Origin: a virus
IMG/VR virus record: IMGVR_UViG_3300005529_000030
Location: 8,597-72,596 of that record
Direction: 5' to 3' (one strand)
DNA length: 64,000 nucleotides
In this document: positions 18,252-27,675 of the stretch, in pieces
Layout: every line of letters begins with the position of its first letter
Position numbering within the stretch: position 1 is the stretch's first letter
Made by a program: the position numbers and the translations under genes
The notes under the pieces: generated by a model
The model's database searches: none
What the model was told of the DNA's origin: nothing
What the model saw: only the letters and a program-made list of their open reading frames with translations

Positions 18252-18965
18252 GTGGCAAATCTTCTTAGCGATACTATTAATTATATTCGCCCGTTTTGTC
18301 GCTATCAAGAGGCGAATATCGGTACAAATAACATGCCTATTATAGGCATTGCGAATATAGTTCGGAACGTCATATTAGCTGCGCCGATGAGATGGAATTT
18401 TAATCGTTCGGAAAATTCATCTTATACTTTATCTACAGGTGTTCAAGATTATACTTTAGCTATATCAGATTTTGGATATTTGGAAAGAGCGTCGGTAAAA
18501 GACCCAGATGATGGGAAGTTTTATGAAATACCCGACGTTTTAAATAACGCTTCTTTGGCGCGGTCTAGTTTGCCCACTGGCCGTCCTCAGACAGTTTCTA
18601 TACATAACATATCCGGCCCAATTTTAAGGTTTTCTGCGGTTCCAAATAAAAATTATTCGTTGTATTTAGTTTATCAGAAAGTTGCATCACAATTTGTAGC
18701 AATATCAGACCAATGGTCTCCGATTCCCGATACGCTTTCGGATGTTTATAACAATTTGTGTTTAGGTTATTACATGGACAGTTGTCAAGACCCAAGAGCG
18801 CCACAATATATAAGCAAAGGTATTGCCAGTTTATTGGCGCGTCAGAGCGGTTTATCAGAAATGGATAAGGCCATATTTGCCCAAAGTTATATGAATTTGA
18901 ATTCAGCTTTTATAACTCAGGGCTTGGAAACACAACAAGGTCGTCAAGCACAGGCGGTTAGATAA
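18252..18965 (+). CDS. Putative head-tail adaptor / tail tubular protein
   Basis: W.FN..E...TL.TG.QDY...GRP pattern; synteny. Confidence 0.6.
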   Translation: MANLLSDTINYIRPFCRYQEANIGTNNMPIIGIANIVRNVILAAPMRWNFNRSENSSYTLSTGVQDYTLAISDFGYLERASVKDPDDGKFYEIPDVLNNASLARSSLPTGRPQTVSIHNISGPILRFSAVPNKNYSLYLVYQKVASQFVAISDQWSPIPDTLSDVYNNLCLGYYMDSCQDPRAPQYISKGIASLLARQSGLSEMDKAIFAQSYMNLNSAFITQGLETQQGRQAQAVR

Positions 18966-21900
18966 TGGTTGGATTATTTGAAAGCGCGGGAGCACAGCCA
19001 CGTAATCCATCTCGTGGAAAGCCAATTCATGTTGCGAGAATGGAAACGGGTTTATTCACAAACAGAAATGCCCTTCATGACCCTGCCCAATATGTTATTT
19101 CAAAATTTTATGGCGGTTACATTGACGCTTTAATTGACGGAAGTAACATGGAAGTTTCAAATCAATTAAGTTTGATTCGACGCCCAGGCTTATCAAGATG
19201 GTCTAGTGTGGCAATACCAGACCAAGTGAATTGGTTCTATAATTGGAGAACCTTAACTCAAGGTTTGAAGGTTATAGTAGACACTGCAACCGCTACCTAT
19301 CTTCAAACTCCTACAACACAGCTACAATTGTTTACTAAATCTGCGGGCGCGGGGCAGGGATATTATCAAGGCGTCGCAGATACTCTTTATTATGGCGACG
19401 GCATAGACCTTCAGAAAGTTCAAGTTAACGGAAATAACAAGATAGGTCCGTATAATTGGGGAATTGCAGCCCCTACGTCTGCGCCCACAGTAACTGAAAA
19501 AACCGTAACGGCTGGAACGACGTGGGTAGCCAACACTGTTTGGTCAACGATGGGTATTATTTTTGACGCTACATCTGGAACTTTACAGCAGCTAATTTCC
19601 GTTAATGCGTCAGGAACAAATACTACTCAATTCGGAACGTCTGGAACAGGCGAACCCGCGTGGAATTTGACTCCCGGAAATACTACGTCTGATGGAACAG
19701 TAACTTGGACTAATTTTGGTCCCGTTAGATTGTGGAAAGCTAATCAACTTTATAATAACTTTAATGTGGGCGGAACTCTTACAAATCCTTGTATGATTTA
19801 CGACCCTACCACAAACACTTTACAAGGAAATACAAACGCCGGAAACGCTCAAGGAACTTCTGGAACATCCAAACCTGCTTTTAATGCAACTGCTGGTGGA
19901 AACACATACGACCCAATTGGGGATGCTCCACCAGGTGTAAAATGGGTTGCCATACCGCCCAATGTGCCTCGAACTATTGATGGTGTCGGAAAATGGGCTA
20001 AGAATACTGCATATACTAAATGGGGCGTTTCGGGTTCGACAGCATTTTCTGCGGTTCTCGTTCCTTATACGCTCCCGCCGCCGAACGGGGACGGCTCTCT
20101 AGGAAAATCCGACATATTTTTAATGGTTTGTACGACCGCTGGAACGTCTTCTAACACTCCCGTTCAACCACATTTTTCATCGGTTGCCGGAACGCCGACT
20201 CCAGACGGTGATTTGATTTGGATGAGCTTGGGTTCGGCTACTTATCAAAGTTCTCATGCTTATACCGCATGGACAGTTCAAGGAGCCGTATTTTCTGCGA
20301 TAAAAGATTCTAATAATAATATCCAAGTATGTACAACGTCGGGAACGACGGACGTTGCGGCCAATGCGCCAGGAACAACAATAAGCGGAACTATAACAGT
20401 GGCCAATGCTGTTGGAGGCAACACGGTTTATACGCTTCCTTCTTCTCAAAGTTTTACAACAGGCCGTCCTGTAGTTATTTCTGGTTTTACAAATGCTGCG
20501 AACAACGGTACGTTCAATGTTGTAAGTTCTTCGGGAACCTCTCTTACGGTTAATAATTCGGCTGGAGTGGCCGAAACAAGCGCGGCAACCGTTGTTTATA
20601 ATCCATTTGGAACAGCATACGGACAATCAACACAAGATGGCTCTGTTGTTTGGGTTTGTGTGGGGAATTCCATGACTTGGGCTGCGAGCACAAAATGGTA
20701 TTTGCCTAGCGCGGGTTTTGTTCCTCCCGTGGGTTCCGTAACTTATGGCGGAGCATCCGTAATAGATTCAAACAATAATATTCAGTCTGTTATAGCCAGC
20801 GGTTTAGGCGGAGCGTCTGCGCCATCTTGGAGCACGGGAATAGGAAATACTACCACTGATAACGCCGCAACATGGATTAATGTGGGAGCAGCTTCGGCAA
20901 ATTTCTTTACTTGGACTAAAGGTTATCAATACGCATATTCATTTTCGGCTAGAACATCGAATGACCAATTCAATACTACCACTCCGCCTGGTTGGGGATT
21001 GCTTCCGAACACGGGCGGCCCGCTAGGACCGCCAACGGGTTCTAAGTCTGGAGGCGTTTCAACTGCATCGCCTTTGGCGACTATTACAGGGCCTAACGGA
21101 GGAACTGGAGCGGCCAACTTCTTGCAAGGAGTAGGCTCTACCGACCCACAAGTGGATACAATTATTATTTGGCGAACCTTGGATGGCGGCAGTACATTGT
21201 TTTTCTTAACGGAAATTCCGAATCCCGCGCCAAACGGAAACAATCCAGGAAATTGGTCTTTTACTGATTTTCTTTCGGATTCTGTGGTTAATGAATTGAT
21301 TCCTGCGCCAATTAATCATCAGAATGACCCGCCGCCCGCTGGATTTTTACCGATGGCGTATCATTTTGAAAGGATTTGGGGAGCGGTTGGAAATTTTGTT
21401 TTCTGTTCGGGCGGACCTGATGTTCAAACAGGAAATCCTAACGAGTCATTTGACCCCGCAAATTTTTTCGAGTTTCCTAGCCCTGTTACGCGCATAGTTC
21501 CCACGGCAACAGGAATTTTGATTTTCTTGACTTCGGATATATACGCCATTCAGGGCGGGCCTGTGTTTGACACATTTTTTCCGACTCCGATGATTCCGGG
21601 AGTGGGTTTATTGCATTTCAATGCTTTGGATGTTTATGGCGGGGTTATTTTTATGTACACCGCCGACAACCAACTTATGAGCATTGACCCAAGTAGCGGA
21701 GTGAATCGAATTGGCGGACCGATTGCGGATAAATTGCAGTTGTTCGACGCTTCTAAAGTATATGTGACGGTACATCAAAGCGGAAATGATAATGCCGTTT
21801 TTGTTTCGGACGGGCAAACGGGATGGTACAGATTAAATCCGAATCAATTTCCGAACGGAAATGCAGTTTGGAGTCCGTTTGCCATGATTACAAATGGAGC

Positions 21901-22384
21901 GGGAGCGGTTCAATCCATAGAAGTATCTCCAGGAATACATAGATTGTTGGTTGGAGGTATTGGAAATAATACTCACATTTTACAAAGAGACTTTAGCACT
22001 TATCAGGATGACGGAACAAATTATACTTGTTTCTTCACTATGGGAAGCATTAATTTAGTTCATCCAGGTCAAATTGCAGGTCTTACTTTTATAAATGTTA
22101 GAGCTACTAGAGTCGGAAGTTCTCCGACCGTCTCTTTTTTGCTGAACGAGATAAACGGAACGTTTACAACTTTTCCTGAGTCTCAGCCATATCCTTGGCA
22201 GATTTATGGAAGTACCTTACAGCCGACAAGTCTTTATTCAAACGCTTATTATTTCAGGCCGACAGGAGTTCCCGCTTTGGCGGAACATTTGCAGGTTAAA
22301 GTAAGTTTTCCAGCCGAAAATTTTGCTAATGAAGTTTTGACGTTAACTATTTTCGGAGTTATCGAACAGCCTCCAGAGGAATAA
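18965..22384 (+). CDS. Tail tube/nozzle (stabilization) protein with repeated inserts
   Basis: N-terminal L.RRPGL; C-terminal beta-propeller-like region; central P.W...G.T.DG...W repeats. Confidence 0.7.
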   Translation: MVGLFESAGAQPRNPSRGKPIHVARMETGLFTNRNALHDPAQYVISKFYGGYIDALIDGSNMEVSNQLSLIRRPGLSRWSSVAIPDQVNWFYNWRTLTQGLKVIVDTATATYLQTPTTQLQLFTKSAGAGQGYYQGVADTLYYGDGIDLQKVQVNGNNKIGPYNWGIAAPTSAPTVTEKTVTAGTTWVANTVWSTMGIIFDATSGTLQQLISVNASGTNTTQFGTSGTGEPAWNLTPGNTTSDGTVTWTNFGPVRLWKANQLYNNFNVGGTLTNPCMIYDPTTNTLQGNTNAGNAQGTSGTSKPAFNATAGGNTYDPIGDAPPGVKWVAIPPNVPRTIDGVGKWAKNTAYTKWGVSGSTAFSAVLVPYTLPPPNGDGSLGKSDIFLMVCTTAGTSSNTPVQPHFSSVAGTPTPDGDLIWMSLGSATYQSSHAYTAWTVQGAVFSAIKDSNNNIQVCTTSGTTDVAANAPGTTISGTITVANAVGGNTVYTLPSSQSFTTGRPVVISGFTNAANNGTFNVVSSSGTSLTVNNSAGVAETSAATVVYNPFGTAYGQSTQDGSVVWVCVGNSMTWAASTKWYLPSAGFVPPVGSVTYGGASVIDSNNNIQSVIASGLGGASAPSWSTGIGNTTTDNAATWINVGAASANFFTWTKGYQYAYSFSARTSNDQFNTTTPPGWGLLPNTGGPLGPPTGSKSGGVSTASPLATITGPNGGTGAANFLQGVGSTDPQVDTIIIWRTLDGGSTLFFLTEIPNPAPNGNNPGNWSFTDFLSDSVVNELIPAPINHQNDPPPAGFLPMAYHFERIWGAVGNFVFCSGGPDVQTGNPNESFDPANFFEFPSPVTRIVPTATGILIFLTSDIYAIQGGPVFDTFFPTPMIPGVGLLHFNALDVYGGVIFMYTADNQLMSIDPSSGVNRIGGPIADKLQLFDASKVYVTVHQSGNDNAVFVSDGQTGWYRLNPNQFPNGNAVWSPFAMITNGAGAVQSIEVSPGIHRLLVGGIGNNTHILQRDFSTYQDDGTNYTCFFTMGSINLVHPGQIAGLTFINVRATRVGSSPTVSFLLNEINGTFTTFPESQPYPWQIYGSTLQPTSLYSNAYYFRPTGVPALAEHLQVKVSFPAENFANEVLTLTIFGVIEQPPEE

Positions 22385-24219
22385 TGAAACTATCTGATTT
22401 TTATCCTAATTTCGATAATTGGGTTTCGGCCTCTTCTGATTCTGCGGGACCAAAGCCTCAAATTCCTGACTCAACAACTCAAGTAAATCCGTTTTTAGCC
22501 GCGACGGTGCCGCTGCCTTTGCAATATTCTCCCGACTCCTTACGTCAGTATAATAGGCCGGGATTATCAAGTTTTAGGGTTTCGCCTTTATCGCCTAGTT
22601 CTTTTCCGTCTATTAACAGTGCGTCTGCAAGCGTAACCAAGACCATTGTTCAAAATAGCGGCAGCGGTCTGCTTTTAAAAACAAACGGAATAGTTAATCC
22701 AAATCAAAGTGTGGCAAATTTTCAAGGCACGGGATTATCTATCACATCAGATAGCAGCGGTAATATATCGTTCGTAAGTACTGCGACTGGCGACGGTATA
22801 ACTCATGGGACTCTTCCGTGGGAATATGACTCGGCCTATGTCATTTTAAGGGATGATTTCTCCAATCTATATAATGGTAGCTTAGACCCCGCAAACGTTA
22901 GTGCCCAAATTGGCGAATTGGGGTGGATAAGTACATTTGCATCGGGCATCACTACGCCTCAAACTACCAGCTATGTCTTTCCTTATTTTGGAACTTTTAG
23001 TTGGGAAAACAGTACGTCCGCCAATAGTGTTGGCGGATATATTATAAATAGCGTTACTATAAATTCAGCAGGTGTGCCTCAAGTAGCGTGGCCTTTATTG
23101 GACTATCCAGGTTGGAAATTGACTTTTGTTTGGAAAGTAGATAGCAGCACGCAGTTTGCGTTTTCAAAAGCAAAAAAGAGTTTGTATGTAGGTCTTTGTG
23201 GTAATTTTATTAATAATCTAGCAAATGGGGTTGGTCGGCCTGATGTATTTATGGGCGTCCGTTATGATACGAGCGCCACACCGGGAACACTTACTCTTTC
23301 ATCTGTTGCGACATCATCGGGCGGAAATGCGACTTATACAGGAACCATTACTGGAGGAGCTAACGGAGCCTATAACGGTATTACTTTTACAGTATCGGGC
23401 TTCACTAACGGTGTTAATAACGGAACATTTGTGTGTGTGGGCAGTTCTACCACAACATTAACCTTAGCTAATGCATCTGCCGTTGCTGAAAGCCATGCCG
23501 CTACTGCATCGGGAACGGGGTTGAATGACACCAATTATACATTTGAAGTCGTTTCAAATAGGAGCTATACGACAGGCAGCCCTAGACATAATCTTCAAGG
23601 TCAAACTTTTATAACTCCGTTTACTCCTACTCAAGGAACTTGGTACAGATTAGAAATTACTAGCACTGCCGTGGGCCAAGTAACTATTTCTATGACCGAT
23701 GGTAACCAAATAATTTCACAAAATTTTACTGTGCCTTTATTTACTATACTTACAAATGGGGCTATTACGGCTGGCGCATCTATAACTTCGGTAGGTACTT
23801 CAACTAATATCGGCTTGGTTAGTAACAGTCCATTATCCGCAACTAGTAATGTACTGACTAATGCAAGTGCGGCTCCTTTCGGACCCGGAAGTAAAGTTAC
23901 TTTTGCGAATCTTCCGGGGGCGGCTTCTGTTCTTAATGGGCAAACTGTAACTTTAATTCCAAACGCAGAGTCTTCTAATAGGAATTTAACTTTTAATACA
24001 ACTATTGCTTCATTTGCAAGCACTAACTTAGCGAGTAACTCTTCTGTAATTGGATACCCGGCTTATCAGCCATATTTTGCTTTTGGTAACGATGATACGA
24101 CAAGTCCGGCAGGAAGTTCTATGCGATTTTTTATGGATTACTTTTCTTTTGTTTGGAATCCAAATTTCGGACCTAACGCGCCGGGCGTTCCAAATTCAGT
24201 TAAACCGAGGTATTGGTAA
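22384..24219 (+). CDS. Tail fibre/spike-like protein
   Basis: 611 aa, Ser/Thr/Gly-rich; lectin-like segments. Confidence 0.6.
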   Translation: MKLSDFYPNFDNWVSASSDSAGPKPQIPDSTTQVNPFLAATVPLPLQYSPDSLRQYNRPGLSSFRVSPLSPSSFPSINSASASVTKTIVQNSGSGLLLKTNGIVNPNQSVANFQGTGLSITSDSSGNISFVSTATGDGITHGTLPWEYDSAYVILRDDFSNLYNGSLDPANVSAQIGELGWISTFASGITTPQTTSYVFPYFGTFSWENSTSANSVGGYIINSVTINSAGVPQVAWPLLDYPGWKLTFVWKVDSSTQFAFSKAKKSLYVGLCGNFINNLANGVGRPDVFMGVRYDTSATPGTLTLSSVATSSGGNATYTGTITGGANGAYNGITFTVSGFTNGVNNGTFVCVGSSTTTLTLANASAVAESHAATASGTGLNDTNYTFEVVSNRSYTTGSPRHNLQGQTFITPFTPTQGTWYRLEITSTAVGQVTISMTDGNQIISQNFTVPLFTILTNGAITAGASITSVGTSTNIGLVSNSPLSATSNVLTNASAAPFGPGSKVTFANLPGAASVLNGQTVTLIPNAESSNRNLTFNTTIASFASTNLASNSSVIGYPAYQPYFAFGNDDTTSPAGSSMRFFMDYFSFVWNPNFGPNAPGVPNSVKPRYW

Positions 24220-24633
24220 ATGAGATTGGAGGCGTCCACAGTTAAGGACATCACTAAGTTAGTAGAATGGATTTCTAACGACTCTTATCATAAGGATTGT
24301 TTAAACCCTGAATGGTGGCTGACAGGCAACGGATTATTGAGTTTTTGTATTTACGACGACAACGGACCAACAATGTTTGCGAGAGTTGAAAAAGAGGGAG
24401 ATTTATTGCGTTTACACTGTCAATTTGGGCCTGAAACGGAAGTTAGTAAATCTCGGACTATCAAATCCCTGTTGTGGGCAATTCCTATAATGGAAAGTCT
24501 GGCAAGACAAAACAATTTGGATGGATTGATATATAAATCAACCCACTCATCACTAATCAAATTTATGCATAAGAAATTCGGTTTTACCGAAATTGATTCA
24601 AACGACCACGTACTATTTTTCGAGGAAAGTTAA
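24220..24633 (+). CDS. GNAT-fold-like protein of the podoviral tail module
   Basis: 137 aa between tail and ejection genes; ..KFGF.. C-terminal motif. Confidence 0.5.
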   Translation: MRLEASTVKDITKLVEWISNDSYHKDCLNPEWWLTGNGLLSFCIYDDNGPTMFARVEKEGDLLRLHCQFGPETEVSKSRTIKSLLWAIPIMESLARQNNLDGLIYKSTHSSLIKFMHKKFGFTEIDSNDHVLFFEES

Positions 24634-25331
24634 TGTGCGGACCTAGTAGCGAAGAAACAATGGCTCAAGCGCAGCAAGCATCGCTCGCTTCTAGCTTGGC
24701 GGCAAATTTTAATGAGAATTTTAAAAATCAGAGCGATATTTTGGGAAAGCTCAATGCAATGTGGACGCCCATTGCTGCGGCAGGACCCGTCCAAACAGGA
24801 ATGGGCGCGGCAGAATTGGCTGCACTAACAACAGGGGCCACCGAAGGCGTTGCTCAAGAATATGCCAAAGCTGGACAGGCTTTACGAACCACCTTGGCGG
24901 CTCGCGGCGGCGGTCAAGAGTTTTTGCCTAGCGGAGCTAGAGAATCTCTAGAATCAAGTTTGGCTAGTGCTGCCGCTTCTGAAGCGGCCCGTCAAAAACA
25001 GGCCATAACTTTACAGAACTATAATTTGGGTAGACAGAATTGGTTGGCTGCAACGGCTGGATTGCATCAGTTAGCGTCTCAATATAACCCTCTAGGATTT
25101 GCTGGCGCGGCGCAGCAAGGGTTTTCAAGTTCGTTCGATATGGCTAATAAAATAGCTCAACAAAGAAGCCAAAAGCAAGCCATGCTTGGAGGCTTGATTG
25201 GTTCGGGCCTGATGGATTTGGCCACTTTTGGCGCTGGCGGCCTTGCCAATTTAGGCGCAGGTGAAACTTTCGGAGAAGGAGTGGGAGATTTCTTTAAAGG
25301 CGGGTTAAATGCCTTAACGGGACAGGGATAA
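24633..25331 (+). CDS. Internal virion/ejection protein
   Basis: MCGP start; Ala/Gly/Gln-rich; hydrophobic Gly-rich C-terminus. Confidence 0.65.
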   Translation: MCGPSSEETMAQAQQASLASSLAANFNENFKNQSDILGKLNAMWTPIAAAGPVQTGMGAAELAALTTGATEGVAQEYAKAGQALRTTLAARGGGQEFLPSGARESLESSLASAAASEAARQKQAITLQNYNLGRQNWLAATAGLHQLASQYNPLGFAGAAQQGFSSSFDMANKIAQQRSQKQAMLGGLIGSGLMDLATFGAGGLANLGAGETFGEGVGDFFKGGLNALTGQG

Positions 25332-25335
25332 AAAT

Positions 25336-27675
25336 ATGCTAGACCCAAAAGTTAATCCGGCAGGAACGTTATCACAATTGCCCGGAGATAATCCATTAAT
25401 ACAAAATATATTGAGACCGCAAGATGCTGTTTCAACGTTGGCGTCTCCTACATTAGTTGATACAGGCTCAGAACCTTTCACTCCTTTAGCTCCTGCGGTA
25501 AAATCTTCTATTCCTTTGGCTCCTCAAGAAACTCAAATTCCACAACGTTTGCCCGTTTCAGGCGGAGCATCACTCGGACAAATTATTGCAACCAAAGGCC
25601 AAATTCTGCCTCACGTTCAAGCGATAGGCGACAGCATAAACAGAACAATCAGGTCCAACCCAGAAGTTGCGGCCAAGCCGGGCGGAATTATGAGAGCCGT
25701 AGTTGGCGGAGCTTTGGACGCGCTTAAAGGTGTCGGACAATCCATAGGCGATGTTGCGGCAGTCGGTACTGTTCCGGCAGGAGCAGGTGCGCTTACGGGA
25801 TTTGCTCGAACGATGGCTGCTAGAAATCAGAGACTGTCCCAAGAGAAGCTTTTAAAGACCGAAGAAGATAAAAACAGAGCTTTGATGGCTGAATCTGCGG
25901 TCAGGAGAATGCACGAACAGCGATTGGTAAGTAAATTAGATATGGAAGCAAAGCAGGCTTCGGTGGATTCCGGTCTTCGACAAATTCAACTTTACAGGAG
26001 TTTGCCGAATCCTGTGCCCGTTCTAGGCGACCATCTCGACAGCGATGAAATTAATCAATATTTAAAAGAAGGAAAACTCGACCCTACAAAAGAGACGGCA
26101 ATTCCTGATGGATTAAAAACGGTGGGGGAGGATGAGAACGGAAACCCCATTGTTCGCACGACCTATACTTTAATGGGCATTCCGAAGGAAGTTACACTCA
26201 ATGAAAGTTTACCAGGATATAAAGATGTGTTGGATGAATTAAATAAATATAATCCTCCCGCCCCCGGACAAAAATGGAAGGAAGGACAAACATTTTCAGG
26301 GGAGCAATTTAATTTGATGATGCAACACGCTGCGGATGTTCGCGCCGCAACGAAAGCCCGTAACCAAGAATTGATTGACTCTAAGATGGCGGATGAAAAA
26401 ATGGTTCTAGATTTGGAAGCCGTCAATTTTCGAGGAGTCGAAGATTGGGTTAACGCCTTATCCCACAATAATGGAGACGTTATGGCAGCTAGAAATGCCA
26501 TGCTTGCAAACCCTCAAATGAGGGCGAAATATCCTAATTTAGATAACGATTTACGCAAGTATTATGGTCAAGATGATAAAGGAAACTATTTTTTTGATAA
26601 ACTTCTTGAAAAATATCAAGAAAAATTAGGCAAAAATGATACCGATTTAACCGATTTACAGAAAAAGTTAGATGGCGCTCACGGGGCCGAGGCTGCTGCG
26701 ATAGCTTCGGGAATCCAATCTAGAATAGACGACCCCAACACTCCTAAAGAAATCGTTCCTAAATTACAACAAATGCTTAAACAGGCAACGGCACAATCAG
26801 CGGCATCTCTCGCTTTTCAAGAGAAATCGGCAGAAGTTACTAGACAAGCCGAAAGAACAGAAATGCAAAAAGATATAGAGCCTGCCGCGCAATCTATCGC
26901 CAATGGAGATTTGACTGATTTGAAGGATATTACTACGGCATTTAAAGGTAATCAGAGACTACTTCTTTATAACAGAGTTAAAGAACTGAATCCTAAATTT
27001 AATATATCCGCGTTAAAGCGTCAAATAAAAATAATGGATGATTATACGACGGGTTCGGAAGGCAAACAATTACAATCATTTGGAACTTTTTTGAGGCACG
27101 CCGGTGAAGCTGCCGATGTAATTGGGAACCTTCAGTTAACGGATGTTAAATTAGCTAATAAACCGTTGGTGTGGTGGAAAAAGAATATTTCTAGCGACCC
27201 TAGGTTTACTTCATATATGACGGCTCTAGAACCTGTGCGAAAAGAGTTTGAAGGATTTTTATTGGGGGGAAGGGCGCTTTATGCGGAAGACCGAAAAGCG
27301 GCGGAAACGATACTTTCAGATGATAGTACTCCGTCCCAAGTTGGGGCCGCATTGAAACAGATGGGAAGAACTGTTCAAGCAAGATACGGAGAAATGAACC
27401 AAAGGTTTAAAAATCAAATGGGTAAAAACATTTCACAACTTGTTGGACCTTTATCCGAGGACGCACTTGAAGGCGCTAAAAAAATTGGTTTGCCTGTCCA
27501 GGATAATGACTTATTGTCAATGAGTTCTGCTTCTCCTGATGCTCAAGCAAAATCTAGTTTGCCCGCTCCTCCTCCGGGGAGAATTTATATTAAAACTCCA
27601 AGCGGAACCATTATGACCATTCCTCAGAATCAAAAAGATGCGGCGGTTGCCAATGGAGCTACGGTAATTCAATAA
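25336..27675 (+). CDS. Internal virion/ejection protein
   Basis: 779 aa helical protein; synteny. Confidence 0.6.
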   Translation: MLDPKVNPAGTLSQLPGDNPLIQNILRPQDAVSTLASPTLVDTGSEPFTPLAPAVKSSIPLAPQETQIPQRLPVSGGASLGQIIATKGQILPHVQAIGDSINRTIRSNPEVAAKPGGIMRAVVGGALDALKGVGQSIGDVAAVGTVPAGAGALTGFARTMAARNQRLSQEKLLKTEEDKNRALMAESAVRRMHEQRLVSKLDMEAKQASVDSGLRQIQLYRSLPNPVPVLGDHLDSDEINQYLKEGKLDPTKETAIPDGLKTVGEDENGNPIVRTTYTLMGIPKEVTLNESLPGYKDVLDELNKYNPPAPGQKWKEGQTFSGEQFNLMMQHAADVRAATKARNQELIDSKMADEKMVLDLEAVNFRGVEDWVNALSHNNGDVMAARNAMLANPQMRAKYPNLDNDLRKYYGQDDKGNYFFDKLLEKYQEKLGKNDTDLTDLQKKLDGAHGAEAAAIASGIQSRIDDPNTPKEIVPKLQQMLKQATAQSAASLAFQEKSAEVTRQAERTEMQKDIEPAAQSIANGDLTDLKDITTAFKGNQRLLLYNRVKELNPKFNISALKRQIKIMDDYTTGSEGKQLQSFGTFLRHAGEAADVIGNLQLTDVKLANKPLVWWKKNISSDPRFTSYMTALEPVRKEFEGFLLGGRALYAEDRKAAETILSDDSTPSQVGAALKQMGRTVQARYGEMNQRFKNQMGKNISQLVGPLSEDALEGAKKIGLPVQDNDLLSMSSASPDAQAKSSLPAPPPGRIYIKTPSGTIMTIPQNQKDAAVANGATVIQ

